A stretch of DNA of 64,000 nucleotides from an uncultured Gemmatimonadaceae bacterium (GTDB taxonomy: Bacteria; Gemmatimonadota; Gemmatimonadetes; Gemmatimonadales; Gemmatimonadaceae): assembly GCA_963829055.1 (NCBI GenBank), contig CAWHHI010000009.1:128001-192000 (forward strand), written 5' to 3'. Below are positions 43,705 through 53,380 of the stretch, in pieces. The notes beneath the pieces were generated by a model that saw nothing but the letters and a program-made list of their open reading frames with translations, made no database searches and had not been told where the DNA came from. Positions within the stretch are counted from its first letter, which is position 1; each line of letters starts with the position of its first letter. A program made the position numbers and the translations under genes.

Positions 43705-43969
43705 GATGTCCCATCCTTTGGCAGGAGCCGTCTGCTGCGGCGCTGGTCGGGATGGCCAGGCCGCGGGACGTCCGTAGGTGCCGAGGACAGTACGAGCGCC
43801 GCGTTATCCGCCTGTGTCCCTGCCGTTATCTGGGCGATGCGAGCGTGGCCCGCGGGAGTTATGGAACTCCCCTCACCGGCGGTCTGCGTCGTGGAAGAGC
43901 GGCGGCGCGATGCTGTGGTCGTTAGGCGCTATGGGCCCGAACGCGCGCGGTGCGGACAGTCCTGGCAGC

Positions 43970-44182
43970 TCAGTCGCCGCGTGGTGCGACCGTCGGCCAC
44001 GGGACGCCGGCGTCCCCCAGGCGGAGCGCGTCCCTGCGGATCTGCAGCGCCCGCTCGAGTGCGCGCCGCTCGACCGTGTGCAGCTCGCTCGCGCGGACCA
44101 GGTCGCGTGTGGCCTCGAGGTCGGCCGCACTCTTCGCGGTCGCGATTGCATCGGTGAGGTGGAGAAACACGCGTGCGTCCAT
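43970..44182 (-). CDS. Small hypothetical protein (paralogue A)
   Basis: MDARVFLHLTDAIA...ERRALERAL; clear similarity to 44735-44974. Confidence 0.65.
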   Translation of the reverse strand: MDARVFLHLTDAIATAKSAADLEATRDLVRASELHTVERRALERALQIRRDALRLGDAGVPWPTVAPRGD

Positions 44183-44393
44183 TGGCTGAACCATTCCATT
44201 GGGACGCCAAACGCTGTGGCAGACAGCATGCCCGGACAGCCGGTCGCTACTATCAGCCCCCCACGTGGACCCTCCTCAGCCAGCAGAAGCCCGACCTGGG
44301 CTGCGGCAGGCCCGTCGGTGCGCTCACGCCATCGGCGAACGGCGCCGATGTCCGCCTCATCCGCACGGCACGGGCTCTGCTCTATGCGTGCGC

Positions 44394-44747
44394 ATGCCGA
44401 GCGATACGCCGTCGCCACCCGTCACCCGCCGCGGGGAGGACCCCCGGGGGTTCGCGCGCGAGCTGGTGGGTACGGCGGCTGCCGACTACGCGCGCATCCG
44501 CGCGGCGATGATCGCCGGGGTCGCCCCGGAGGGAATCAGCGCGTCAGCGTCGGCGGCCCAGGAGATGCTCCGCGCCGCGGTGGTCGACTACGCGAAGACC
44601 CTTCGCGCCACGGGCGCGCCGCCCGAGGGCGTGCTCGTCGAGGTCAGGGCGGCGGTCGACGCGGCGTTGCGGCTCGACGAGCTTGAGCGTCGCGCGTGCG
44701 TGGGCAGCGCCGTCCGCTGGGCCACCAAGGCGTACTACGACGCCTGA
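44394..44747 (+). CDS. Small helical hypothetical protein
   Basis: LRAAVVDYAKTLRATGAPPEGVL...VRWATKAYY; coding-like GC3 pattern. Confidence 0.6.
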   Translation: MPSDTPSPPVTRRGEDPRGFARELVGTAAADYARIRAAMIAGVAPEGISASASAAQEMLRAAVVDYAKTLRATGAPPEGVLVEVRAAVDAALRLDELERRACVGSAVRWATKAYYDA

Positions 44748-44974
44748 CGGGGTGGAAGCCCAGAGCCGGCCGGTCCCTGAGCGATCGGCGGCCGCCCCAG
44801 TTCCGCCGCCGTCTGCACCGCGAGCGCGCGGGCGCGGAGCTGGCGCTCCAGGGCGAGCCGATCGAGCGGGTGCATGTCGGTGCTCGCGACGAGGGTGCGC
44901 ATCGCCTTGATGTCGTCGGCCGTGCGGGTCGCGGCAATCGCGTCCACGAGGCCGTAGTACGCGCGGGCGTTCAT
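44735..44974 (-). CDS. Small hypothetical protein (paralogue B)
   Basis: MNARAYYGLVDAIA...DRLALERQL; similar to 43970-44182. Confidence 0.65.
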   Translation of the reverse strand: MNARAYYGLVDAIAATRTADDIKAMRTLVASTDMHPLDRLALERQLRARALAVQTAAELGRPPIAQGPAGSGLPPRQAS

Positions 44975-45331
44975 GAATGCAGGGGGAGAGTGGGCGACGG
45001 CTACCAACGCAGCGCTCCCGCGTGGGATCGGCGGTCGGAATTCACCATTCCGGGCCGCGCCACCGTCACCACGGGATGCACGAGGGGAGACGCCTCGCGC
45101 GTCGCGTTAGGAAGCATGCGCCGTTCCACGCCGAATCGCTAGGGATGCCAAGCGTTCGGTGCGCGGATCGAACCGGTACGCGCCGTGGCGGCCAACGACG
45201 TGCGGCCGACGCGCGACAGTCGTTGCGCACCGGCTACAAACCGTACCGCTGGTTCCTGGTCGGCTGCGGTGGCCGGGATAAACCTGGCCGACAAGATGGA
45301 CAGCGTGCGATCGAAGCCGGGCACTGTGGGC

Positions 45332-45367
45332 TTGACGGCGATCCGTCATAACATAGAATGTCTATGT
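45332..45367 (+). promoter_or_regulatory. Sigma70-type promoter overlapped by a putative PadR operator
   Basis: TTGACG-N16-TAGAAT; ACATAGA-ATG-TCTATGT inverted repeat at 45351-45367, directly before ATG 45369. Confidence 0.6.
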
Positions 45368-45368
45368 C

Positions 45369-45701
45369 ATGACCGGCCGCGAACCGATTCCCCAGGGCAC
45401 GCTGGATCTGCTCGTGCTCAGCACCCTGGACCAGCGCCCCGAGCTCCACGGCTTCGAGATCTCGGAGGCGATCGGCCGGCGGTCCGGTGATGTCCTCCAG
45501 GTGGAGGAGGGTTCGCTCTATCCCGCGCTGCAGCGCCTGATGGTCAACGGCTGGATCAAAGGGAAGTGGGGCCGGACCGACGAGAATCGCCGCGCGCGCT
45601 ATTACCACATCACCGCCGAAGGCCAGCGCGAGCTGGCGCGGAAGCTCTCGAGCTACCAGCGCGTGAGCGGCGCGATTGCCGCCGTCCTCCAGCCAGCCTA
45701 A
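45369..45701 (+). CDS. PadR-family transcriptional regulator
   Basis: QGTLDLLVL, HGFEI, EEGSLYPALQRL, NRRARYYHIT. Confidence 0.93.
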   Translation: MTGREPIPQGTLDLLVLSTLDQRPELHGFEISEAIGRRSGDVLQVEEGSLYPALQRLMVNGWIKGKWGRTDENRRARYYHITAEGQRELARKLSSYQRVSGAIAAVLQPA

Positions 45702-45705
45702 CGCC

Positions 45706-48393
45706 ATGTTTCTCGCCGTCTGGTGGCGCCGCCTGTGGCTCTTCCTCAATCGCGATCGCGTCCGTCGGGAGCTCGAGGAAGAGATGCAGCTCCACCGCGA
45801 TCTTCGAGCGCGCGCGATGGAACGAGGCGGCGCCGCCCCAGTGGACGCCGCCGCTGCCGCGCGCCGCCGCTTCGGGCACGAGGTCACGCTGGCCGAGCGA
45901 AGCCAGGAGAGCTGGGGATTCCAGCGCGGTGATGAGCTGCGGTGGAACGTGCGCTATGCGTTGCGCCGACTGGCGAATCGCCCGGCATACGCGGCGACGA
46001 TCGTCCTGGTCATGGGCCTCGGCATCGGGGCGACGACCGCGATGTTCAGCGCGGTGGATGCGGTGATGCTTCGCGCGCTGCCGTTCCGCGAGCCGAGCCG
46101 GCTGGTATCGCTGCCAATCGTCGAGCTCCCCTTCGCTCCTGGTCCGGGTAAGCCCGCGGAAGTGCGGGCGACCGTCGATCTCGACGGCGCGGCGGCCATG
46201 CCGGACGTGTTCTCTTCGGTAGCCGCATTCGCGGCGGGGCGGCTCAACCTCCCCGATGTCGAGCGCCCACTCCGCCTTCGAGCGGCGGTAGTGACGGACG
46301 GCTTCTTCCGAACGTTAGGCGTCGAGCCGATGGTCGGACGGACATTCGTGAAAGAGGAGACGGTTCCCGGCGCGGGGACAGTCGTGGTCCTGTCGGACGC
46401 GCTGTGGCGGAGGCAGTACGGCGCGCGAGACATGCTCGGCGAAACCATCCTGTTGGACGATCAGCGATACCAGGTCATCGGCGTCATGCCGCCGGGCTTC
46501 TCCTTTCCGCGGGAGAGCGATCTCTGGATCCCGATGTCGGTCCCACTTACGCCCGCCACGTTCGCGGCCTTCGGTGGGATGCTCAACTGGGAGGTGATGG
46601 CGCGGCTGACGCCGGGCGTAGAAATGACGGCGGCCAACAGCCGGCTCCTGCAGCGCTGGGCGCAGGCGATCGACGGTCGGGATCGGAGGGATTCACGCGA
46701 GGACAGGGAAGGGAGGCTCGCCTACCTGCGGAGCAGCGGGGCGGTGCGCCCGCTGCAGGCCTATCTCGCCGGAACGCGTGCGACGGCCCTTCTGGTGCTG
46801 CTGGGCGCGACCGGTCTCCTGCTCCTGATCGCCTGTGCCAACGTCACCAATCTCCTGCTGTCCGACGCCGCGAGCCGCACGCGGGAGATGGCGCTCCGAA
46901 CGGCGCTCGGCGCCTCTCGCGCGCGAGTCTTCCGTCAGGTGCTGACCGAGAGTGTGATGCTCGCGTTAGGCGGGATCGGGGCCGGACTGCTGCTGGCGCC
47001 GGTGGTGCTCCGCGCGCTGCAGGCGCTGATGCCGCCGGAGCTCGCGGGCGTCGTCGAGCCACAAATCGACTGGCGAGTGCTGGGCTTCGCGTCGTCGCTC
47101 GGTCTCGTGACCGGGATCGGCTTCGGCCTCTGGCCGGCGCGTGCCGCCAGCCGCACCGATCCCGGAGAGACACTCAAGAGCAGCGGAACTCTGCTGGCGA
47201 CTGGCCGGCGTAGCGCCCGTGGCCGGCGGATGCTGATCGTCGTCGAGGTCGCGCTGTCGCTCATGCTGCTGGTCGGATCGGGGCTCTTGCTTCGGAGCTT
47301 TTCCAAGCTGATGCGCGTCGAGCGGGGGATGGATACAGCGCACGTGGCCTCTCTCGAGCTGTCCTTCGCCGGCAAGACGCATAACGCGACCCGCCTCGCC
47401 CGCATCGAGGCGATGCTCGAGCGGTTGCGTCGGTCTCCGGGTGTCGAGCGCGCCGCCGCGGTGAGTGAGCTGCCCCTGAGTAGCGGTGAAGGGTACGCGG
47501 AGCCTCTCGACCCCGTGGATGGCGGGGCCGCGCCGCCGAGCGGGTCCCGTGGCGCGAGATACCTGCACGTGTCGCCGAGCTACTTCGGCACTCTCGGGAT
47601 CGCCTTTCGTAGTGGGCGGGACTTCACACCGCGCGACGATTCGCTCGCCCCACCGACGGTCATCATCAACGAGACGCTCGCCCGACAGTGGTTTCCGAAC
47701 GTCGATCCGGTCGGGCGCCAGCTCCTCGGGCACCCCGGTCCCGGGCGCAACGTGCATTACACCGTGGTCGGCGTGGTGGCTGACGTGCGCGAGCAGGATC
47801 TGGCCAGCGATGTGCCTCCTCAGCTCTATCACCCCATGTACCGGGTCACGCCGACAGCCTTCGCGCTGGTCGCGCGTGGCCACGCAGAACCTGCGGCGCT
47901 CTTCGCCGCGCTCCAGAACGCGGTGCGTGCGGTGGACCCGAGTCAGGCGGTGGGCCGAGCGCGGATGATGGACCAGGTGGTGCGGGAATCTGTGGCGCCG
48001 CAGCGGACGAACGCACTGCTCATCAGCCTGTTCGCCGCGTTAGCGCTAGTCCTGGCCGCGTTAGGTGTCTATTCCGTCGTGGCGCACGGCGTTGCGCAGC
48101 GTGGCCGGGAGTTCGGAATCCGCACCGCGCTCGGCGCAACGGGCGGCAACTTGCTGGTCATGGTCTCGCGGGAAATCTTCGTCGTAGTCGCGTTAGGCAT
48201 CGCGATCGGGCTTGCGGGCGCATGGGCTGGGGCGAGAGTGCTCGAGGCGTCGGTCTATGGTATCACCGTTCATGACGCCACGACGTTCGTGATCGGTCCC
48301 GCGACGCTGGGCATCATTGCCATGACGGCGGCGGTGCTGCCGCTGCGGCGAGTCTTCCGGGTCAATCCCGTGGAGGTGATCCGGAGCGAGTAG
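45706..48393 (+). CDS. Duplicated MacB/FtsX-type permease (ADOP-like)
   Basis: LGIGATTAMFS, LLIACANVTNLLL, REMALRTALGASR, REFGIRTALGA. Confidence 0.92.
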   Translation: MFLAVWWRRLWLFLNRDRVRRELEEEMQLHRDLRARAMERGGAAPVDAAAAARRRFGHEVTLAERSQESWGFQRGDELRWNVRYALRRLANRPAYAATIVLVMGLGIGATTAMFSAVDAVMLRALPFREPSRLVSLPIVELPFAPGPGKPAEVRATVDLDGAAAMPDVFSSVAAFAAGRLNLPDVERPLRLRAAVVTDGFFRTLGVEPMVGRTFVKEETVPGAGTVVVLSDALWRRQYGARDMLGETILLDDQRYQVIGVMPPGFSFPRESDLWIPMSVPLTPATFAAFGGMLNWEVMARLTPGVEMTAANSRLLQRWAQAIDGRDRRDSREDREGRLAYLRSSGAVRPLQAYLAGTRATALLVLLGATGLLLLIACANVTNLLLSDAASRTREMALRTALGASRARVFRQVLTESVMLALGGIGAGLLLAPVVLRALQALMPPELAGVVEPQIDWRVLGFASSLGLVTGIGFGLWPARAASRTDPGETLKSSGTLLATGRRSARGRRMLIVVEVALSLMLLVGSGLLLRSFSKLMRVERGMDTAHVASLELSFAGKTHNATRLARIEAMLERLRRSPGVERAAAVSELPLSSGEGYAEPLDPVDGGAAPPSGSRGARYLHVSPSYFGTLGIAFRSGRDFTPRDDSLAPPTVIINETLARQWFPNVDPVGRQLLGHPGPGRNVHYTVVGVVADVREQDLASDVPPQLYHPMYRVTPTAFALVARGHAEPAALFAALQNAVRAVDPSQAVGRARMMDQVVRESVAPQRTNALLISLFAALALVLAALGVYSVVAHGVAQRGREFGIRTALGATGGNLLVMVSREIFVVVALGIAIGLAGAWAGARVLEASVYGITVHDATTFVIGPATLGIIAMTAAVLPLRRVFRVNPVEVIRSE

Positions 48394-49459
48394 CCGCGGC
48401 ACGCGACCGGGGACGCGCGCCAGCCGTTCGTGCTGCAGCTGGCCCGCGCGCGACAGGCCCGGCCGCCCGCGTCGCCTCACGCGGTGAACCGCCCCACTGG
48501 CTACTCCACGCTCGGCGAAGCTGCAATCCCGACCGGAACCCGGCCACCTCCGCCGCTCGCGTGACGCTCGCGCCGAATTCGAGAGACTGCCGCGCGCGCT
48601 CGAGGCGGATCGAGCGCAGGTAGTGCAACGGAGACACGCACGCGTGCTCGATGAAGAGCCGCAGCAGGTGACGCTCCGTCGTATTCCCGACCGACGCGAG
48701 CGACGCCATGTCCCAATCACGCTCGGGCCTCGTGATGATGGCGTCCTGCACGCGGTGTACGGTCGCATGCAGATGCCGGCGATGCATGTGAAAGGGCGAC
48801 AGCTCCGGATCCCGCGGCGAGCGCCTCAGGTACACCACCATGTCCTCGGCCACACTGGCCGCGAGCGCCTCACCACACTCCTCGGCGATGAGGTGCAACG
48901 CGATGTCGATGCCGGCGGTAATGCCGGCACTGGACGCGAGCGGTCCATCGACGACGATCACGCGGTTGTCGATCACCTGCGCCTGCGGCGCGAGCGTCCG
49001 TAACGCGGACAGCAGCTCGTGATGCGTGGTGCAACGTCGTCTGCCGAGCAAGCCGGCCCGTGCCGCGAGCAGCGTGCCCGAGCAGATGGTGAGCAGACGG
49101 TGCGGCGTGTCCGCGGTACTCAAGGGGCCGCGCAGGTTCTCGTTCAGCCACTTCGCGGTGGCGACGATCGCGGGCGTCGTCTCTCGCGTATGCGCGGTCG
49201 GTTGGCCGACGACCACCACCCACGTGGGCGCGCTCAGGCGCTGTGGGAGCGGGACCAGCCCCGCGAGCGACAGTCCGACAGACGTGGACAGCGTCGCGTC
49301 GTGACTCGCGAACCGCAAGCGAAACCGCGGCGGCTGGCCGCGCCGCTCGCGATGCTGGTTCGCCAGACGAAACGCCTCCGCCGGACCGGCGATGTCGAGC
49401 AGCAGCGAGTGCGGCACGATGACGAACAGGACGTCGATCAGATGAGCGTGTGTGATCAT
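48362..49459 (-). CDS. GlxA-family (DJ-1/PfpI + AraC HTH) transcriptional regulator
   Basis: LLDIAGPAEAF, ICSGTLL, CTTHH, SSAGITAGID, ERHLLRLF, RLERARQSL; both ends uncertain. Confidence 0.88.
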   Translation of the reverse strand: MITHAHLIDVLFVIVPHSLLLDIAGPAEAFRLANQHRERRGQPPRFRLRFASHDATLSTSVGLSLAGLVPLPQRLSAPTWVVVVGQPTAHTRETTPAIVATAKWLNENLRGPLSTADTPHRLLTICSGTLLAARAGLLGRRRCTTHHELLSALRTLAPQAQVIDNRVIVVDGPLASSAGITAGIDIALHLIAEECGEALAASVAEDMVVYLRRSPRDPELSPFHMHRRHLHATVHRVQDAIITRPERDWDMASLASVGNTTERHLLRLFIEHACVSPLHYLRSIRLERARQSLEFGASVTRAAEVAGFRSGLQLRRAWSSQWGGSPREATRAAGPVARGPAAARTAGARPRSRAAATRSGSPPRD

Positions 49460-49625
49460 TGTCGGACATGGCCTGGACTCCGAACGCTACGTCACCTGTG
49501 CGGCGGACGCGATGGGTGGCACGGGCAGATGTCCGAAAATGATCGAAAGTCGTCGGCTGGTGATGCGCCCGATGCTTGCGACCACCCTACCTTCGCGATG
49601 CCGCGACTCCCCGAGAGGACATTCC

Positions 49626-51745
49626 ATGCGCGTCGCCATGCTCATCGATGCATCCAGAGGCAGTATCCCCTGGCGAACGGCAGTGCACATCGCGCTCGGC
49701 TCGGCGTGCGGCGCTGGAACGTTAGGCGCGCAAGCGGCCCTCGACAAAAGAGCGTCGGTGCCCGAACGCGCGGCGCTCGAGCGTATGCAGCTCGAACGCA
49801 CGGTGGATCCAACGATCAGGCCGGGCGACGACTTCTTCGCCTACGCGAACGGCGGTTGGCTCGAGGCAACGGCGATCCCACAGGGCAGGGAACGCTGGAA
49901 TGCCCGCGACGAGATCAATGAGCTGACGCGCTCGCGCCTCGCGCAATTGCTCGACGCCGCGCGTAACGCGCCGCCGGGTTCGTCGGCGCGAACGGTCGCT
50001 GACTTCCGTGCGGCCTGGCTGGACGAAACGACTATCGAAGCGCGGGGCCGAGCGCCGCTGCAGTCGCAGCTCGACAGCATCGACGCCATCGCGGATAAGG
50101 CGGCGCTCACTCGCGCTGCTAGGCAGTCGGATGCGTGCGGACGTCGACCCGCTGAACTGGGGCGTCTACGAGTCATCCAGCCTGTTGGGTCTGTCGGTGG
50201 AGCCGAGCATCCACGGCGAGAAGACGTACGTCGCCTTCCTGCTCCAGGGCGGACTCGGCCTGCCAGACCGCGAACAGTACGTCAGCGCCGAGCCGCGCCT
50301 GCGCGCGCTACGCACGACGTACCGAGAGTACATCAGTGCCCTCCTGTCGTTCGGCGGCTTCGACCATGCCGACCAACGCGCCGAGGCGGTGTTGTCGCTC
50401 GAGATCGCGATTGCAGAGAGCCATGCGACGCGCGAGCAGTCGGCGAACGATCATAACGCCGACAATCTGTGGACGCGTGCGGACTTCGCTCGTCAGGCGC
50501 CGGGCATTGATTGGTCCGCGTTCTTTGCCGCCGCGGGACTGGGGAAACAGGAATCGTTCGTCGCCTGGCAGCCCAGCGCGATCAGCGGTGTGGCGGCGTT
50601 GATCGCGTCGCGACCGCTCGACGCGTGGAAGGATTATCTGCGCTTCCACGTCGTTGCCGACCATGCGGCCGTGTTGCCGCGCGTCGTGGCCGACCGGGCG
50701 GCGGAGCTGCGTACCGCGGCCGCGCCGAATCAATCGCCGCAGGCTCCGCGCACCCAGCGCGCGCTCGATGCCACCCAACTCGCAATGAGCGACGCCATCG
50801 GAAGGATGTACGCCGAGCGCTATTTCCCGGCCGAGCAGAAAGCTCGCGTGCGGCGGGTCGTAGACAACGTCACTGCTGCGTTCATCGCGCGGGTCGAGGG
50901 CGTCACGTGGATGTCGCCGGCGACGCGAGCGCTGGCGCTGGCCAAGTTGAACGCGTTGTACGTCGGCATTGGCTACCCGGAGCGGTGGCCGGACGACTCC
51001 GGCCTCGTCATCGACCCACGGGACGCCATGGGCAACGTCCGGCGCGTCGCGGATCGCAACTACCGACGTGCGTTAGGCAGGCTCGGGCAACCTGTGGACA
51101 TGCAGGAGTGGTGGATCGCGCCGCAGACGGTGGGTGCCGTGCTCGTGTTTCAGCAGAACGCGTACGACTTCTCGGCTGCACTGCTCCAGGCGCCCAAGTT
51201 CGATGCGACGGCGTCGGATGCGGCAGCGTACGGCGCCATCGGCGCCATCATCGGCCACGACGTGAGTCACTTCGTCGACGTGCTGGGCGCGGAGTACGGC
51301 GTCGATGGCGCGATGCGCCGCTGGTGGACGGCCGAGGATGCAGCGCGCTTCCAGTCGCGGGCGCAGCCGTTGGTGGAGCAGTTCTCGAGCTACCGCCCAT
51401 TTCCTGACGCCGCGATCGACGGCAAGCTCACCCAGACCGAGAACGTCGCGGACCTCGCCGGCCTCGCCTCGGCCTTCGACGCCTACCGTAAGACGTTAGG
51501 CGCGAAGGCGACGGACAGGAACTACGTGCGGCAGCAGGACCGGGAGTTCTTCATCGCCTTCGCCCAGAGCTGGCGCACGAAGATGAGCGACGCTGCCGTG
51601 CGTGCGCAGCTTTCCAATGATCACGCGCCCGAGATGTACCGTGTCTCCACCGTTCGCAATCTGGATGCGTGGTACGACGCATTCGACGTGCGTCCCGGGC
51701 CAGCGGCTGTATCTCGAGCCCAGGGCGCGCGTGAGAATCTGGTAG
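49626..51745 (+). CDS. M13 (neprilysin-like) metallopeptidase with atypical motifs; frameshifts near 50118 and 51700
   Basis: PGDDFFAYANGGWL, QGGLGLPDR, IGYPERW, YGAIGAIIGHDVSH, ENVADLAG, HAPEMYRV, LYLEPRARVRIW*. Confidence 0.88.
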
Positions 51746-51776
51746 CGCGTCCACCCACGGGCTACCACGGAGCTCG

Positions 51777-52538
51777 ATGCGCGTCACCGTCTGTGAGCTC
51801 CCGCATGAGACTACAGCCCTACGGTCTGCATGGGCGGCGCTGTGCGAGCACACAGTAAGGCAGTCCTCGGAGCTCGTGCTGTTGCCCGAGCTCGCGATGG
51901 TCGAACCAGTGTGGGAATCGGAGCACGTCGACCTCGCGCGTTGGAGCGCCGCGGAGGCGCTGTGCGAGAGCTGGCTCTCTCGTCTCCTGGAGCTGCATGC
52001 GCCTAACGTCGTGGGCACCCGTCCGATCACTATCGACGGGCGACGGTTCAACCAGGGCTACATCGCGTCCGCTGCCTACGGCGTGATGCCGTTGCGCCGC
52101 AAGTTCTTTCTGCCCAATGAGCCAGGTGGCTCTGAAGCGCGCTGGTTCGACAGAGGCGACGCCGATTTCCCAGTCTACCGGGCCGGCGCGCTCTCGTTCG
52201 GGCTCAACATTTGTACGGAGCTGTGGGCGCTGGAGACTTACGCGAACTACGCGCACGGTGGCGTCCAGGCGATCCTGTCGCCGCGAGCGACAGCACTGGC
52301 TACGGCGGCCAAGTGGGTGTCCGCGGGAGTGGTGGCGGCGGTGCGGTCAGGCGCGTTCAGTCTGTCGTCCAACCGCGTGGAGCCGACGGGCGCGTGCGGC
52401 GGTACAGGCTGGATCATCAGCCCGGATGGCGATATTCTGGCGACGACGACGCGAGAGGTGCCGTTCGTCACGATCGATATCGATCTCAATGCGCCGGTCG
52501 CGGCGCGGGCGACGTATCCGCGCTACGTATTTGGCTGA
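51777..52538 (+). CDS. Carbon-nitrogen hydrolase (nitrilase superfamily)
   Basis: E-K-C triad: LPEL, RKFFLP, ICTE. Confidence 0.9.
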   Translation: MRVTVCELPHETTALRSAWAALCEHTVRQSSELVLLPELAMVEPVWESEHVDLARWSAAEALCESWLSRLLELHAPNVVGTRPITIDGRRFNQGYIASAAYGVMPLRRKFFLPNEPGGSEARWFDRGDADFPVYRAGALSFGLNICTELWALETYANYAHGGVQAILSPRATALATAAKWVSAGVVAAVRSGAFSLSSNRVEPTGACGGTGWIISPDGDILATTTREVPFVTIDIDLNAPVAARATYPRYVFG

Positions 52539-52731
52539 GCTTCAGCACGCTGACTGCGAGGGTCGCCGCCGATGTCCGTTTTCGTGCGCGCGATGCGTGG
52601 TAGACCATGGGTGGTAGACGCATGGACGCGACGCACTGCTGCGCGACGCGCCATTCACTCCTCTCAGCTTTCCGAGCCATGCCCTACGTGAACGTGCGCA
52701 TCATCCGAGGTGATAGGCGCGGAATTTCGAC

Positions 52732-53304
52732 GTGCGCCTTCTCGCCATTTCAGGTAGCCTCCGAGCTGGGTCGCTCAATACCGCCATCCTCGAGGCCGCG
52801 CGCCTGCTCGCGCCGCCTGGCGTGGACGTCGACCTGTACGAGGGCTTGCAGGACCTCCCCGCGTTCAACCCGGACCTCGACGAGCCCGGCACGGAGCTCC
52901 CGCCCCTGGCAAGCGCCCTGCGCCGCCGCGTGTCGGCCGCGGACGGACTCCTCATTTGCAGTCCCGAGTACGCGCACGGCATTCCGGGGTCGCTCAAGAA
53001 CCTGCTCGACTGGCTGGTAGGGAGTGTGGACTTTGCTGGCAAGCAAGTGACGCTCATAGCGGCATCACACCGGTCAGTGTTCGCGCAGGCGCAGCTCGCA
53101 GAGGTGCTGCGGACGATGGCGGCGCGGCTCGTGCCCGACGAAGCGGTAGTCGTGCCGGTCCCGAGCCGAGCGCTGGACGGGCGAGCGATCGCGTCCGACC
53201 CGCAGCTCGCCGCCATTCTGAGGCACGCGATCACGGTCGCGGTGCAATCGCTCGATGGGCCACCGCCGGTCTCGCCTCGCGACCCGGCTGCTAACGGTCT
53301 CTGA
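52732..53304 (+). CDS. NADPH-dependent FMN reductase
   Basis: ISGSLRAGS, SPEYAHGIPGSLKNLLDW. Confidence 0.92.
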   Translation: MRLLAISGSLRAGSLNTAILEAARLLAPPGVDVDLYEGLQDLPAFNPDLDEPGTELPPLASALRRRVSAADGLLICSPEYAHGIPGSLKNLLDWLVGSVDFAGKQVTLIAASHRSVFAQAQLAEVLRTMAARLVPDEAVVVPVPSRALDGRAIASDPQLAAILRHAITVAVQSLDGPPPVSPRDPAANGL

Positions 53305-53380
53305 CGGCGTGAGATGTCCACTTCTGCGTGGCGCGCCGCGTAGCGTTTGAGGATGGCGTGATGTCGCTACGTTGCAAGGC

